Below, piece after piece: positions 63,702 through 64,000 of a stretch of DNA of 64,000 nt. Position numbers and translations under genes: made by a program. The stretch spans positions 4,613,358-4,677,357 of the forward strand of contig CM082585.2 of the NCBI GenBank assembly GCA_040954595.2, read 5' to 3'. The notes beneath the pieces are model-generated. The model searched no databases. It saw only the letters and a list, made by a program, of their open reading frames with translations, and was not told where the DNA came from. Positions within the stretch are counted from its first letter, which is position 1, and every line of letters starts with the position of its first letter. This DNA comes from Balanoglossus misakiensis (Eukaryota > Animalia > Hemichordata).

Positions 63702-64000
63702 CTGTTGTCAGAAATAAAAGAAGTCATTTGCGTGATTATTATTGGCTGGACTATTTGACAGTGTTCTGGACTAGTCAGTGTTTTTGTCAAGGTCGGTAAC
63801 CAAGTAACTGTTACTAAGGGTTTACAGGGTTTCCACTTAACATACTATAAAAATGCAGTCATATGAATTGGAAGCAGATATCATTTTCCCTTATACTTTT
63901 GTTTGATATTATGCATAATCACAATATTGGTGTATATTGTGGTCACAATAATGTTAAAAGTCTGGATGCAAGGAAATACATAAATATTAAATAGCCAGGG

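Overview
Eukaryotic (metazoan, probably invertebrate; AT-rich, GT-AG introns) genomic window, not prokaryotic. Left to right: a non-autonomous pogo/Tigger-like transposon (217-1406); a C2H2 zinc-finger gene whose 13 fingers form a near-identical 84-bp minisatellite (to 4100); a 12-coding-exon angiomotin gene on the minus strand (20657-8205); a 2.7-kb foldback-like element with TIRs, an 8-bp TSD and two oppositely oriented internal satellite arrays (24935-27649); five tandem copies of an unrecognised single-coding-exon gene (hydrophobic N-terminus plus a variable number of 22-aa helical repeats; 32026-46096), four of them in a repeat unit that also carries the last exon of TAF6; TAF6 on the minus strand (57066-47217); a head-to-head CAP-Gly-domain gene with an RFX X-box-like motif (59406-61102) followed by an 81-bp-stem hairpin; and the last exon of SPCS2 (63701-63515). 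Exon boundaries were read by eye from splice signals and phase continuity. No database searches were run.
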